Below, one piece after another: positions 1 through 10,868 of a DNA stretch of 64,000 nt. The stretch comes from Clostridiaceae bacterium. Lineage in GTDB: Bacteria > Bacillota > Clostridia > DSM-8532. The position numbers were made by a program, and so were the translations under genes. The stretch spans positions 2,535 to 66,534 of the forward strand of contig JAAYNA010000065.1 of NCBI GenBank assembly GCA_012521105.1. The letters run 5' to 3'. The notes beneath the pieces are model-generated. The model ran no database searches, had not been told where the DNA came from, and was given only the letters and a program-made list of their open reading frames with translations. How positions within the stretch are numbered: the first letter of the stretch is position 1; each line of letters begins with the position of its first letter.

Positions 1-448
1 AATATGTTGAATATACGGTATCTGATGTAAAAGAAAGACGCAGAATCAAACCGTCATTAAGCTTAATTGCATAGTAATATGTCTGTTTTCCTATTGTACC
101 CGACACACGGACAGTTTCTCCCGACCCTGTTTCCAAAGCTGATTTTACCTCGGGGCGATCAAGATGATTTTCCATATCTTTAATATCAGTTATATTATCA
201 AATAAAACAGTACCATCATTTGCAATAATTGTTATGCGGTCACTAATACTGTGCAGTGTGTCGGTAAGCTGATATGATTCATCGGTACCTGTGTTGAGTA
301 ATGAAGCTACAAATAATGCCGTACCCTTTATTTGTTGCTTCATTGAATTAAAATTGTGCTTGTATAACACAACACATATTAAAGCTGAAGTCATAAAGAC
401 AATAACAAAGGATAGAGTAACCATGTTATTAAATATTTTTCGCTTCAT
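1..448 (-). CDS. phoR: Phosphate-regulon sensor histidine kinase, N-terminal part (runs off the window edge)
   Basis: Not in the ORF track; translated by hand. ATG at 448 overlaps the phoP stop (TAATG) and reads MKRKIFNNMVTLSFVIVFMTSALICVVLY...RITIIANDGTVLFDN...MENHLDRPEVKSALETGSG, a TM helix plus the typical PhoR extracytoplasmic motif. Open to position 1. Confidence 0.85.
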   Translation of the reverse strand, partial: MKRKIFNNMVTLSFVIVFMTSALICVVLYKHNFNSMKQQIKGTALFVASLLNTGTDESYQLTDTLHSISDRITIIANDGTVLFDNITDIKDMENHLDRPEVKSALETGSGETVRVSGTIGKQTYYYAIKLNDGLILRLSFTSDTVYSTY

Positions 449-1119
449 TATAAGGCTCCTATCCGATATCCGACACCCCGGACCGTTTCAATTGCTTTGC
501 CGTATTTTCCAAGTTTTTTTCTAAGGGAACGGATATGTACATCCAAAGTTCTGGTTTCACCTTCGAAATCAAATCCCCAGATTTTATCCAGCAACTTATC
601 ACGGGTAAGTACAATATCTACGTTGGACATTAAGTAATATAAAAGTTCAAACTCCTTTGCAGTCAGCTTTATTTCTGTATTTCCCGCCATAACCATACGT
701 TTTGCAGTATCCATGGTTATATCACCGGCTTTTAACACATTATTTTTTGTTTTTGGCTCCACTCTTCTTAATACCGATTTAACGCGTGAGATTAGCTCCA
801 GCACACCAAAGGGCTTGGTAATATAGTCATCAGCGCCCATATCAAGCCCTTGTACCTTATCAAACTCGGTCCCTTTTGCTGTAAGCATAATAACAGGGAT
901 ATCACTTGTAGCGGCATTTTCCTTAAGCTTTTTTAAAATTGTTAAACCATCGGTACCCGGAAGCATGATATCCAATAGTATCAAAGACGGAAACTTTGTT
1001 TTCATTTCATTAAAAAAGCTTATTGAATCTGAAAACCCTTTTGCTTCAAATCCGCCTGTTTTAAGTGTATAAATAATAAGCTCTCTGATATTGGGATCAT
1101 CTTCAACACAGTAAATCAT
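448..1119 (-). CDS. phoP: OmpR/PhoB-family response regulator
   Basis: Receiver domain (VEDD, LLDIMLPG, TKPF) and winged-helix C-terminus (RTLDVHIRSLRKKL, ETVRGVGY); downstream of phoU. Confidence 0.92.
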   Translation of the reverse strand: MIYCVEDDPNIRELIIYTLKTGGFEAKGFSDSISFFNEMKTKFPSLILLDIMLPGTDGLTILKKLKENAATSDIPVIMLTAKGTEFDKVQGLDMGADDYITKPFGVLELISRVKSVLRRVEPKTKNNVLKAGDITMDTAKRMVMAGNTEIKLTAKEFELLYYLMSNVDIVLTRDKLLDKIWGFDFEGETRTLDVHIRSLRKKLGKYGKAIETVRGVGYRIGAL

Positions 1120-1769
1120 GAGTCTCTTTCTCCTCTATGTGTGCCGGTAATTGCGAATTCAACCCATTCGGCAATATTAGTGGCATGATCGCCAATCCTC
1201 TCGAAATATTTCGCTATCATAAGAAGAGCTATGGCATATTCGCCATATATTTTTTTGTTTTCAATCCTTTTTATCAGTTCATTTCTTACCTTGCTAAAAA
1301 GATCATCGACAACGTCATCATAATCAATAACAGTCAATGCAAGCTCCAAATCTCTGTTTACAAAAGCATCAATACTTTCGGTAACCATCTTAATGGTGGC
1401 CTTTGCCATTTCACCTATTAATAGTGTACCATTTTCTGCACGAATTTTTCCAATGGTTATAATTTCTGAAATATCTGCTGCCTGGTCCCCGATTCTTTCC
1501 ATGTCGGTTATCATTTTCAGAGCAGCTGAAATTAGCCTTAAATCCCTTGCAACAGGCTGTTGCTGAAGGAGAAGCCTTAGACAAAGGTTTTCAATTTCCC
1601 GTTCCTTGCGGTCAATTTTCTCATCAACCAGTATGGCTGTTTTAGCCAGATCCAGATTTCCGGTCATAAGCGCTTTGGATGAATTCTCTATTGCTTCTTC
1701 ACATAAGGCTCCCATTTGTATTAATGCCTGATTAAGGTTATCAAGCTGTTCATCAAACCTGTACCTCAT
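1116..1769 (-). CDS. phoU: Phosphate transport regulator PhoU
   Basis: Two PhoU repeats (QQPVARDLR, DMERIGDQA, ERIGDHATNIAE). Confidence 0.95.
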   Translation of the reverse strand: MRYRFDEQLDNLNQALIQMGALCEEAIENSSKALMTGNLDLAKTAILVDEKIDRKEREIENLCLRLLLQQQPVARDLRLISAALKMITDMERIGDQAADISEIITIGKIRAENGTLLIGEMAKATIKMVTESIDAFVNRDLELALTVIDYDDVVDDLFSKVRNELIKRIENKKIYGEYAIALLMIAKYFERIGDHATNIAEWVEFAITGTHRGERDS

Positions 1770-2518
1770 TATCCAAACCTCCCCGTTATATAGTCTTCGG
1801 TGCGTTTATCTTTTGGCATCGAGAATAACTGCTCGGTATCGTCGTATTCAACCAGATGCCCAAGCAGAAAAAATGCTGTTTTGTCGGATATTCGTACTGC
1901 CTGCTGCATGTTATGTGTTACTATAATAATAGTATAATTATTTTTCAATTCGATTATAAGATCCTCAATTTTAGAGGTTGAAACGGGATCCAAAGCAGAT
2001 GTTGGTTCATCCATCAACAGAACTTCAGGGTTTACTGCTAAAGCCCTGGCAATACATATTCTTTGTTGCTGACCACCCGAAAGTCCCAGGGCACTTTTTT
2101 TCAGTCTGTCTTTAACTTCTTCCCAAACTGCGGCCTTTCGCAATGAACTCTCAACAATCTCATCAAGCTTTGATTTCGACTTGATACCGTGAGTCCTGGG
2201 CCCATATGCTATATTGTCATAAATACTCATAGGAAATGGATTGGGCTTTTGGAAAACCATTCCTACCCGTTTACGAAGCATGTTCACATCAATATCACCA
2301 TAAATATCTTCTCCATCCAATAACACTTTACCTGTTATACGGCAGTCGGGAACGAGAACATTCATCCGGTTAAGGGTTTTCAGCAGGGTGGATTTCCCGC
2401 AGCCTGACGGACCGATTAGTGCTGTTATTTCGTTTACCTGAATATTCATACTTATATCGTACAGTGCCTGGAAATTACCATAAAACAGGTTTAAACTTTC
2501 TATCATAATTTTATGCAT
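1769..2518 (-). CDS. pstB: Phosphate ABC transporter ATPase
   Basis: [55 protein letters not shown]. Confidence 0.97.
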   Translation of the reverse strand: MHKIMIESLNLFYGNFQALYDISMNIQVNEITALIGPSGCGKSTLLKTLNRMNVLVPDCRITGKVLLDGEDIYGDIDVNMLRKRVGMVFQKPNPFPMSIYDNIAYGPRTHGIKSKSKLDEIVESSLRKAAVWEEVKDRLKKSALGLSGGQQQRICIARALAVNPEVLLMDEPTSALDPVSTSKIEDLIIELKNNYTIIIVTHNMQQAVRISDKTAFFLLGHLVEYDDTEQLFSMPKDKRTEDYITGRFG

Positions 2519-2520
2519 GT

Positions 2521-3405
2521 CTAATTTCCTTTCATTATTCTTTTTGCTAATACTCCGGATAACCAGTTAAAGAAAAGAACCATAACCAGTAGTACCACCG
2601 CCGTTGCATAGGCCTGGTTTGTATAAAGCCCTTCGCTGGATAAAGCGTACATATGCAAAGACAAGGTTCGTGTGGAATCAAATAAAAAATCTTTTCCCGA
2701 AGGTATTTCTGCAACCGTACCGGCAGTATAAATTAAAGCAGCCGTTTCACCAACAATCCTCCCAATGGCAAGTATAATTCCTGACAGGATGCCTGGGAAT
2801 GCAGCGGGGAGGACAATACGGAAAACCGTTCTAAGCTTCCCGGCTCCCAAACTGAAACTGCCTTCACGATACGTGCTGGGTACCGCCTTCAAGGCTTCTT
2901 CGGTGGTGCGCATAATCAGCGGAAGCACCATAATAGAGACGGTAAAGGCTCCTGATATAAGCGAAATTCCCCATTTTAAGGTTGTAACAAAAAATAAAAA
3001 GCCAAAAAGGCCATAGACAATGGACGGAATACCCGACAAAGTTTCGGCAGTTACCCGTATAATCCCTACCAATTTATTGTCACTTTTTGTGTACTCCACC
3101 AGATAAATTGCAGTAAATACTCCAAAAGGAACGGCAATTATCAGCGATAAAAACACCATTAGTATGGTATTAATCAAAGCCGGCATAAGAGAAACATTTG
3201 TCGAGTTATACTCCCATTCAAATAAATTGATGCTTATATGCGGGATGCCATTTATTAATATATACCCTATAATGAATAACAGAATAAAAAATGTGATACA
3301 GGCAGACACCGTAACAAGGAGGGAGAGTACCAATGACAGGGGACTTCTTTTATAAGAAAGAAATTTTGATTTCAGAACTTTAAATTTATTCCCGTTTTTT
3401 TTCAT
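2521..3405 (-). CDS. pstA: Phosphate ABC transporter permease
   Basis: Hydrophobic; [21 protein letters not shown]...[18 protein letters not shown]. Confidence 0.93.
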   Translation of the reverse strand: MKKNGNKFKVLKSKFLSYKRSPLSLVLSLLVTVSACITFFILLFIIGYILINGIPHISINLFEWEYNSTNVSLMPALINTILMVFLSLIIAVPFGVFTAIYLVEYTKSDNKLVGIIRVTAETLSGIPSIVYGLFGFLFFVTTLKWGISLISGAFTVSIMVLPLIMRTTEEALKAVPSTYREGSFSLGAGKLRTVFRIVLPAAFPGILSGIILAIGRIVGETAALIYTAGTVAEIPSGKDFLFDSTRTLSLHMYALSSEGLYTNQAYATAVVLLVMVLFFNWLSGVLAKRIMKGN

Positions 3406-4259
3406 CAGTTATTCCTCCTTTTTAACAGCGAAAACAGTATATTGATAATAAGAATAAACACAAACAGCACAACACCGGTGGCAAAAAGTGCTTCGCGGTG
3501 CAGATCGGTTGCATATCCCATCTCAATAACTATATTAGCCGTAAGGGTTCTGATACCCTTTAACATCCCTGAGGGCATTCTTGACTGATTGCCCGAAACC
3601 ATGATAACCGCCATTGTTTCGCCAATAGCCCTTCCTATTCCAAGAATAACTGCTGCCGTTATCCCGGATTTTGCAGCCGGCAGTACCGTGAAAAAAACGC
3701 TTCTTTCATGGCTTGCTCCAAGGGCCAGGCTTCCTTCGTAATAGCTTTCGGGTACCGCATTAATTGCTTCTGCGCTCACGCTTATAATGGTTGGAAGAAT
3801 CATTATTCCGAGTAAAATTGAAGCTGTCAGCATACTGTTTCCGTTCCCGCCAAAAGTATTTCTTACTGCAGGAACTAATGCCACAATACCAAAAAAACCA
3901 TATACCACCGACGGGATTCCTGCCAGAAGATCAATAGCAGGTTTTAGCCATTTTAAAATTTTGTCCGGGCAAAACTTTGCTATGAATATGGCTGTTAAAA
4001 CACCGATTGGTACACCTAAAATAATTGATCCTGCAGTAACATATATACTTCCAAGTATCATTGGCAGAATACCATAGGAAGAGGGCGTATCACCCGGCTT
4101 CCACTCTGATCCCGCAAGAAATTCTTTTATTCCAATTTTCCCAATTGCAGGTATACCGTTAATAAAAAGAAATAAGCAGATTAGTACAACACATATAATT
4201 GATGTACAAGCTGCCAGTAAAAAAATGATTCTCATTATTTGTTCTTTATATCTTTTCAT
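3405..4259 (-). CDS. pstC: Phosphate ABC transporter permease
   Basis: LLAGIPSVVYGFFG, EGSLALGAS, GRAIGETMAV. Confidence 0.93.
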   Translation of the reverse strand: MKRYKEQIMRIIFLLAACTSIICVVLICLFLFINGIPAIGKIGIKEFLAGSEWKPGDTPSSYGILPMILGSIYVTAGSIILGVPIGVLTAIFIAKFCPDKILKWLKPAIDLLAGIPSVVYGFFGIVALVPAVRNTFGGNGNSMLTASILLGIMILPTIISVSAEAINAVPESYYEGSLALGASHERSVFFTVLPAAKSGITAAVILGIGRAIGETMAVIMVSGNQSRMPSGMLKGIRTLTANIVIEMGYATDLHREALFATGVVLFVFILIINILFSLLKRRNN

Positions 4260-4325
4260 ATTGACTCCCTGATAAAATAAAACTCATAAGTTTAATTGAA
4301 TGATTATATATTTTCACCTGTTTAA

Positions 4326-5243
4326 TTAATCTGTAATTTCACTCCAGCGTAATACCTCTCCAATATAGATGGATTTTATCTGTTCTTTTGTCAGGTTATC
4401 TACGGTATTTTCATTGTTTACAATAATTGCAATACCGTCCATCGCAATTACTGTAGGTATAAGACCTTTTTCAAGTTCACTGTCTTTAAGCTCTCTTGAG
4501 GCCATACCAATGTCACAAGTCCCGTTTATTGCAGAATTCATTCCAGTGGAAGAATCGCTTAGTTGAATTTCAATCTCAGCATTGGGATTAAATTTCTGAT
4601 AGGCTTCCTTCAATTTTTCCATAACCGGTGTTACTGAAGACGAGCCTGCCACAACAATTTTTCCCGATAGTTTCGTACTGCTGTAACCTTCTTCGGCCGA
4701 TACCGAAATGTATCCGTTTTCTTCAACAATCTTTTGTCCTTCTGTGCTTAAAATAAAGTTTATAAAGTCCTTTGCCAAATCAGGTACATCTTCCCTTACC
4801 GCAATGTTAAAGGGGCGTGAAACTATATAAGAACCATTTTTGATGTTATCAACAGTTGCCTCAATTCCATCCACTTTAACAGCCTTAACTGTATCGTTTA
4901 GTGAACCCAGAGAGATATAACCAATTGCATATGGATTACTGGCCACAGATGTCATTACAACCGATGTGCTGTTGGAAATAACCGCTTCGTCTGTAGTACG
5001 GTCTTTCTTATTGCCGTTCTCATCCTTTTCTTCAATTCCCAACAATTCAATAAAAGCACCCCTTGTACCCGAGCCACTCTCACGGGATATTACAGTTATT
5101 TCTTTCGCAGAATCAAAGCTGTCGGGATTGCTGTTGTCAATGTTGTTATTGCTCGCTTGTCCATTTGTGTTGCAGCCTACTAATGCAATTAAAACCATAA
5201 ATGCCACCGAAAATATACACATCTTTTTCTTCATATTCATCAT
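4326..5243 (-). CDS. pstS: Phosphate-binding lipoprotein
   Basis: Lipobox LVGC; SRESGSGTRGAF, GSSSV and DIGMASR motifs; first gene of the pst operon. Confidence 0.93.
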   Translation of the reverse strand: MMNMKKKMCIFSVAFMVLIALVGCNTNGQASNNNIDNSNPDSFDSAKEITVISRESGSGTRGAFIELLGIEEKDENGNKKDRTTDEAVISNSTSVVMTSVASNPYAIGYISLGSLNDTVKAVKVDGIEATVDNIKNGSYIVSRPFNIAVREDVPDLAKDFINFILSTEGQKIVEENGYISVSAEEGYSSTKLSGKIVVAGSSSVTPVMEKLKEAYQKFNPNAEIEIQLSDSSTGMNSAINGTCDIGMASRELKDSELEKGLIPTVIAMDGIAIIVNNENTVDNLTKEQIKSIYIGEVLRWSEITD

Positions 5244-5282
5244 TCTCCTTTATTTTTGTATGAGTTAAGAATACATAAGAAG

Positions 5283-5322
5283 TGTAAAGAAAAAAGACAT
5301 GGGAATGTAAAATCTATGTTAA
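5283..5322 (-). promoter_or_regulatory. Pho-box-like direct repeats upstream of pstS
   Basis: On the minus strand TTAACA (5322-5317) and TTTACA (5311-5306) are 11 bp apart, with a third TTTACA 23 bp further on (5288-5283). This matches the Firmicute PhoP repeat TT(A/T/C)ACA. Confidence 0.7.
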
Positions 5323-5641
5323 ATTTCCCGGAGAATAATCAACATCATCTGATTTTTATGACAGGTTATTTTCTTGACACCCAATTTAATAGTTTATATA
5401 ACATAAAAAGTATAAATGGTAAAATATTTTTTATATAGAATAGGCAAAGGCTCATTATGGAAAGTAAGTCCTGTTATGTAATAATGGGAAAGTTGTCGAC
5501 AAAAACGATCAATTAATACTCAGTTCAGATGATTTGGATTTTTTACATATGCCTAAATTCGATGGTTTTCAGAATCACTCATTAGTCCAATATACTGATT
5601 TAAACGGTAATAAACAGCAAATATCTTATATTAACTAAGAT

Positions 5642-5860
5642 ATTGAAGGTTGGAAATATTTACATATAACGTCAACAGATGAATACTGGAAGTAATTGGG
5701 TGAATACAGAAAGCTGGTACTAATGGGAATATCCCTTTCGCTGGCGCTAAGCCTGCTGGCGGTAGCGGGAACCCTTGGGGTAGCAGTATTCATCACAGGA
5801 CTTGTTTGGTACGGCGCATTGACTATTTGGTTTTTATATTTTAGGAGGGTAATAGGATGA
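5642..5860 (+). pseudogene. Fragment of a membrane-protein gene with an in-frame stop
   Basis: Hand translation IEGWKYLHITSTDEYWK*LGEYRKLVLMGISLSLALSLLAVAGTLGVAVFITGLVWYGALTIWFLYFRRVIG*; no start codon, one internal TAA, strongly hydrophobic stretch. Confidence 0.4.
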
Positions 5861-5900
5861 CACAAGATAACGAAGTGGATAAGATGAAAGAGGATTAACA

Positions 5901-6506
5901 ATGTTTGAAGAAATGATTAAAAGGGATTATCACCATCCCTGCATTATAATATGGGGTTTACATAATGAAATAGCTACCTACACCAATGCAGGATATGATA
6001 TAACAAAAGCCTTTGCAAATAAAGTCAGGAGTTTGGATAATACCAGACTTATTTCGTATGCTTCATACCATCCCATGACCGATATCTGTTTCTCTTTGGT
6101 GGATATAATCTCTATAAATCAATATTTTGGATGGTATTATGGTGAGATTGAAACCTGGGAAAGCTTCCTTAGTGATTTTAAAAACAGGCTTAAGAAAGAC
6201 AAGCTGGATGATAAGCCTATTATAATATCAGAGTTTGGAACGGCGGCACTATATGGAGAGGATACCTTTGAATGTGTAAAATGGTCTGAAAATTACCAGG
6301 AAAAACTGTTAAGCCATACTTTGAAACTTTTTTATAATGATCCTGCTATTGCCGGCTGCTACATATGGCAATATTGTGACGTGCGTACTTCAAAAGAAGT
6401 AGGTTTAACAAGGGCAAGAGGCTTTAACAATAAGGGTCTTGTAAATGAATATAGAAAGCCCAAATTGTCTTACTGGGCGGTGAAAAAAATATTTGAGCAG
6501 CAGTAA
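5901..6506 (+). pseudogene. 5'-truncated glycoside hydrolase family 2 (beta-glucuronidase/galactosidase-like), C-terminal TIM-barrel part only
   Basis: RDYHHPCIIIWGLHNE (acid/base), IISEFG (nucleophile) and NNKGLVNEYRKPK. Only 201 aa; the N-terminal domains and first half of the barrel are missing. Confidence 0.8.
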
Positions 6507-6560
6507 GTTCACCCTGTTAAAGAATTTCATAAGATAAAACATATATTGCAATCTTTTCGA

Positions 6561-6601
6561 CCCTGTCAGATAGAGAATGCATATAACTCTATCTGACAGG
6601 G
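6561..6601. terminator. Perfect 15-bp hairpin between convergent genes
   Basis: CCCTGTCAGATAGAG-11 nt-CTCTATCTGACAGGG. Confidence 0.7.
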
Positions 6602-6651
6602 ATTTGTTATAAAAACTTTATGGGCAGTTAAACTTATAATTAATTTATTAC

Positions 6652-7287
6652 TTATGCCAGGCAGACCTTCAGTGCAGCTTCTGCTGCTGTCGCAGCATCC
6701 GGAGTATATATGTCTGCACCAATTGTGGCACGGAAATTATCGGTTACAGGTGCACCACCAATCATTATTTTGACCTTTCCAGCCAATGGGGATTCCTTAA
6801 CTTTTTGCACGATGGTTTCCATTTCAATCATTGTGGTGGTTAAAAGGGCTGAGCATGCAATAATATCTGCATTGTTTTCCATGGCTGCTTCTATAAATCT
6901 TTCGGCAGGAACATCAACGCCCAGATCTATTACCTCAAGGCCTTTCCCTTCCATCATCATGCGCACAAGGTTTTTCCCGATATCATGCAGGTCACCCTTA
7001 ACTGTGCCCAGTATTACTTTGCCCTTGGCTTTAACACCTGAGCTTACAAGAAGAGGTTTTAGCAATTCTGTTCCGGTATTCATTGCACGGGCTGCAATAA
7101 GTACATCAGGAACGTACACTTCGTTATTCTTAAACTTCTCACCGATGATGCTCATTCCGTGCAACAAGCCTTCTTCAAGAATTCTGTTGACTTCAATTCC
7201 CTCGTCAATGGCTTTTTGAACCAATTCCTTAACATTCTTGGCTCTGCCCTTTTGCAAATTTTCAGAAATTTCTCTTAACAATTCCAT
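6652..7287 (-). CDS. Corrinoid (B12-binding) methyl-carrier protein, MtbC/MttC-like
   Basis: Cap domain plus GDLHDIGKNLV (DxHxxG), CSALLTTT and IGGAPV motifs. Confidence 0.92.
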   Translation of the reverse strand: MELLREISENLQKGRAKNVKELVQKAIDEGIEVNRILEEGLLHGMSIIGEKFKNNEVYVPDVLIAARAMNTGTELLKPLLVSSGVKAKGKVILGTVKGDLHDIGKNLVRMMMEGKGLEVIDLGVDVPAERFIEAAMENNADIIACSALLTTTMIEMETIVQKVKESPLAGKVKIMIGGAPVTDNFRATIGADIYTPDAATAAEAALKVCLA

Positions 7288-7336
7288 AGAATCACCTCAA
7301 AACATTTATTATCAAGCATTTCTGCATGATATTCCA

Positions 7337-8641
7337 TTAAACATTACCCCTGTTTTCCCGGTACTTTTTCGGGCTTATTCCGGTCATTTTCTTAAACACT
7401 TTGGAAAAATAACTTTGATCTTCAAATCCAACCAGATTTGAAACTTCCACCATCGAAATGGATGGATCCAACAAAAGCTTCTTGCTCATTTCAATACGCA
7501 CATAATTCAGATAAGCGTTAAAGTTCACATCCATTTCTTCCTTAAAAATTTTGCTGAAGTATGAAGGACTTAAATAAACATAAGCAGCTACATCTTCAAG
7601 GGTTATTTTTTTCATGTAGTTTTTACTGATAAAGTCAATGGATTTAAATATTACGTCTTTATTTTTTACATTAGCCAGATTGAACACATGATCGGTAAAA
7701 CGCTCCATAATTCTGGAAAGCCACATTGTAAGTTCTTCCAGGTCACAAAAACCATAAATCTGATTAAGGTACTGGTAGTTTAAACCGAATATTTGCTCAA
7801 TCTCAGCTCCGCCTTTCAGAGCTGCCCGGGACAATAACACAACAAGTTCAAGCACACGAGCGCGGATTAATTCAAAATCATTTCCTGATGTAAAGAAAAT
7901 ATGTCCGAGTATTTCATTTAAAAGCTTCTGAGACATAGGTTTGTTTCCCATTGAAATTGCGCTTAACAATTCCCCTTCCTTTTTAATAGGATAGGGGGAT
8001 ATATTTTCACCGCTGCTTGAGATTTTTTTCAGCTTTTGTATGTGCTCTGATATATCGGCTGCCTGCTTCTGCACTTCCTGGTCAACATCGTACTGGTGTC
8101 TTGAAGAATCCGACAGATAGAATGTTACCATTCTAAGCAGCTCGGACATGCTGTTGACAAGCTCGGTACCTGTTACGGGAATTGATTTTGAAAAACTGAT
8201 TGCCTTTGATAATTCTTCGTTATCGAAGTACTTTTTGAAAATATCGGCTATCAGGAATTCTTCAGGCTCAATCATGTGAACAGGCCCTCCCAATATGGCA
8301 CCTTTCATCATACCCTCAATTGTAATTGGCGAAGCCCAATGTACCATCCCTAAAGGGCAAAAGAAAACATATTTTCCTCCAAACCTTTCGGCCTGATAAC
8401 TTCCGTATAGATGCACGCTTCTGCAGTCAAATTTTGGGCTCTTCTTATTTTCAGACAATTCCTTTGTCTTGCCGTCAGCTGAAAACTCGGTACAAAACCC
8501 GCAAAACATTTTTCCAGCAAGTGAAGAATAAATAACTTTTCCGCTGTCGTCTATTAAAAATACAGGTAATTTAATAACATTACTGTAATGCTGCACTGCT
8601 TCAACGGCCTTGTCGTAATCAAAGCCCAGGTCGTTTCTCAT
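7337..8641 (-). CDS. PocR ligand-binding domain / AraC-family transcriptional regulator
   Basis: N-terminal FCGFC...CRSVH...YVFFCPLGMVHWASPI; C-terminal AraC HTH (LSPSYFSKIFK, GFEDQSYFSKVFKKMTGISPKKYR). Confidence 0.88.
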   Translation of the reverse strand: MRNDLGFDYDKAVEAVQHYSNVIKLPVFLIDDSGKVIYSSLAGKMFCGFCTEFSADGKTKELSENKKSPKFDCRSVHLYGSYQAERFGGKYVFFCPLGMVHWASPITIEGMMKGAILGGPVHMIEPEEFLIADIFKKYFDNEELSKAISFSKSIPVTGTELVNSMSELLRMVTFYLSDSSRHQYDVDQEVQKQAADISEHIQKLKKISSSGENISPYPIKKEGELLSAISMGNKPMSQKLLNEILGHIFFTSGNDFELIRARVLELVVLLSRAALKGGAEIEQIFGLNYQYLNQIYGFCDLEELTMWLSRIMERFTDHVFNLANVKNKDVIFKSIDFISKNYMKKITLEDVAAYVYLSPSYFSKIFKEEMDVNFNAYLNYVRIEMSKKLLLDPSISMVEVSNLVGFEDQSYFSKVFKKMTGISPKKYRENRGNV

Positions 8642-8754
8642 AATTTATCCCCTTATATGAAGATGTTTAGAATTTAAGCTTATACTTAAGATCATACACA
8701 TGATGCAGGGTTGGATATTGAAAAAATTTATGTTTTTTTGTAATTCCTAATACT

Positions 8755-10605
8755 TTATATGTCGGAACCAAAAAACATATTTTCTGTGTATTGATAGGTG
8801 AAATCTAATCTTGCTGATAATTCCAGGTATTTTATTTGCTTTGCAATTGCACATATATCTGAAAGATTCTCTGCTGAAAGCAGCGTGTAAATTGCTCCTG
8901 CACCGGCAGCATTCCCAACCGGTTTTGTTCTTCCCGATAAATCTTTTGGCAAAAGACCTATGGTTATTGCACTGTCGATATTAATAAAACTTCCAAAACC
9001 TCCTGAAAGATATACATTTTTAATATCATCGACATCCGAGCGGATTTCATCGATAAGTATGTTAATACCTGCAGCAATTGCAGCTTTTGCATTCTGTAGT
9101 TCACGGATGTCTTTTTGAGATATGTATATATTTTCACCGTGGATCGTGTTACTTGCCCGAACCAGTAAAAAGGCCTTCTGATTGTTTATCTTAATCAGTC
9201 TGTTGCTGTATATCTTTGCATTATCAGGCAACTCTTCATCATCCAGAATGCGGCCGGTCTCATCCATTACACCAATTTTCAGCATACATGCGACTGCATC
9301 AATTAAGCCTGAACCACATATTCCTATAGGTTTATATCCCCCAATTGTATCAATTTTCAATGTACCATTATCAGCAATTGAAACAGCGCTTATTGCGCCA
9401 TCAACACTGCCAATGCCACACGATATATTGGCACCTTCAAAAGCCGGACCTGCTGCAGTTGAACATGCATATAAGAAAGAATTGTTGCCAATAACAATTT
9501 CCCCGTTAGTACCAATATCAATAAGGAGAGAAATTTCGGTATTTTTGTGCATTCCAGTGGAGAGCACCGCTGCTGTTGTATCTGAGCCTATATATGCAGA
9601 AACCGAGGGCAGTACAAACAACCTTCCTTTAGGGTTTATGTTAAGTTCAAGGTCGCAGGGTTTTAAAGTAAGTCCTGATAGCAGTACGGGAATAAAAGGA
9701 GCAGAGGCAATATTAGCCGAGGGAAGTTCAAGCAAAAGATGCAGCATTGTGGTATTCCCCGACAGCGTTACCGCGTAAATATCTGTATGATGTATCCCTG
9801 CTGCAGTTACTAATTGTTGTATCAGATCATTAAGCGCATTTCGTATAATTAAGGCCATTTCAGCTTGATTTTCCTTGCCTTTTGAAGAATATTCTATCCT
9901 GGATATAACGTCGGCACCATACTTTTTTTGCGGGTTTAATTTGGATGATACAGCCATTTGTTTTCCTGTGTTTAAATCATACAGATATGCAGCAAGGGTT
10001 GTGGTTCCAATATCAACTGCAACTCCGAAATTTTTAGAAACAGTGTTACCGCTTTCAACACCGGTTACACTTCCTGAAATATCTATTATGGTTATATCAA
10101 AATCCTTTTCTCTTAGGATATCGGGAAGTTCCCTGAGAAAGGAAAGGGAAAAACTCTGAAAACCGCTGTACAGATTATTTTCATTAAAAGATGAAATAAA
10201 GCGTACATCATCAGATCTTTGATCGCTGATAGAAGGGCGGGGCAGATTAACAAAAGTTTTTCTTACTACGGGCCTGCCAATAGTTTCGGAAATATTTGCA
10301 TCGGTTACAATTGAACTATTCCTTTGATCGGTATTCAAAGAAATCTCCAAATTATCATAAACCTTTACCATACATGACAGGTGAACACCTTTATTAATGT
10401 CTGACGGTGACAGGTGCGTTTTTTCTTCGGATGTATATGGAACAGAATTATGTATTAACACACGGCATTTACCGCAAATGCCTTTACCATTACATGGGGT
10501 TTCTAATAAAAAGCCCTGTCTTTTAAGTGCATCCGAAAGGCTAATACCTTCGGGCACATGGAAAATTTTATTTTCATTCCCTGTATGGACTGAGATCTTA
10601 GGCAA
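8755..10605 (-). CDS. ASKHA-domain reductive activator of corrinoid proteins (RACE/RACo, DUF4445) with N-terminal 2Fe-2S domain
   Basis: PCNGKGICGKC...LSC ferredoxin; VDIGTTT, YGADVISRI, LIDIGTNGE, AAGPAFEG, GICGSG, GNAAGAGA. Confidence 0.9.
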   Translation of the reverse strand: MPKISVHTGNENKIFHVPEGISLSDALKRQGFLLETPCNGKGICGKCRVLIHNSVPYTSEEKTHLSPSDINKGVHLSCMVKVYDNLEISLNTDQRNSSIVTDANISETIGRPVVRKTFVNLPRPSISDQRSDDVRFISSFNENNLYSGFQSFSLSFLRELPDILREKDFDITIIDISGSVTGVESGNTVSKNFGVAVDIGTTTLAAYLYDLNTGKQMAVSSKLNPQKKYGADVISRIEYSSKGKENQAEMALIIRNALNDLIQQLVTAAGIHHTDIYAVTLSGNTTMLHLLLELPSANIASAPFIPVLLSGLTLKPCDLELNINPKGRLFVLPSVSAYIGSDTTAAVLSTGMHKNTEISLLIDIGTNGEIVIGNNSFLYACSTAAGPAFEGANISCGIGSVDGAISAVSIADNGTLKIDTIGGYKPIGICGSGLIDAVACMLKIGVMDETGRILDDEELPDNAKIYSNRLIKINNQKAFLLVRASNTIHGENIYISQKDIRELQNAKAAIAAGINILIDEIRSDVDDIKNVYLSGGFGSFINIDSAITIGLLPKDLSGRTKPVGNAAGAGAIYTLLSAENLSDICAIAKQIKYLELSARLDFTYQYTENMFFGSDI

Positions 10606-10740
10606 TTAAACCACCTTTTTTCATTGTTATTAATACAAAAAAATTATAACATATGCATTTCATTTTACCCATGTCAATAATTACTTTTTTAATGAAAATA
10701 TTGCGTCTTTTCAGTAGAAAGAATATAACATCCCAGCGAC

Positions 10741-10868
10741 TTCCAGACTAACATAAACAGGCCTTGGTAAGCCTTAACAACCTCATGAACAGGCATATCT
10801 GGATATTCGCGTAGTAGCCACCGTACTTTTTGTCTTCAGTTTTTTACATGTCTTTAATATTCTTTTAT
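10741..10868 (-). mobile_element. Heavily eroded IS1634-family transposase relic
   Basis: Minus-strand translation gives EDKKYGGYYA, DMPVHEVVKAYQG and RPVYVSLE, matching EDEKYDGYYA, DMPDHEVVKAYHG and RPVFVSLE in the larger IS1634 remnant near 33.2-33.4 kb, with internal deletions. Confidence 0.7.

Noticed and set aside
10606-10740. Cobalamin riboswitch upstream of the corrinoid operon
   Set aside because: No B12-box or GGGAA/GCCACTG core on either strand; the adjacent sequence is IS1634 debris.
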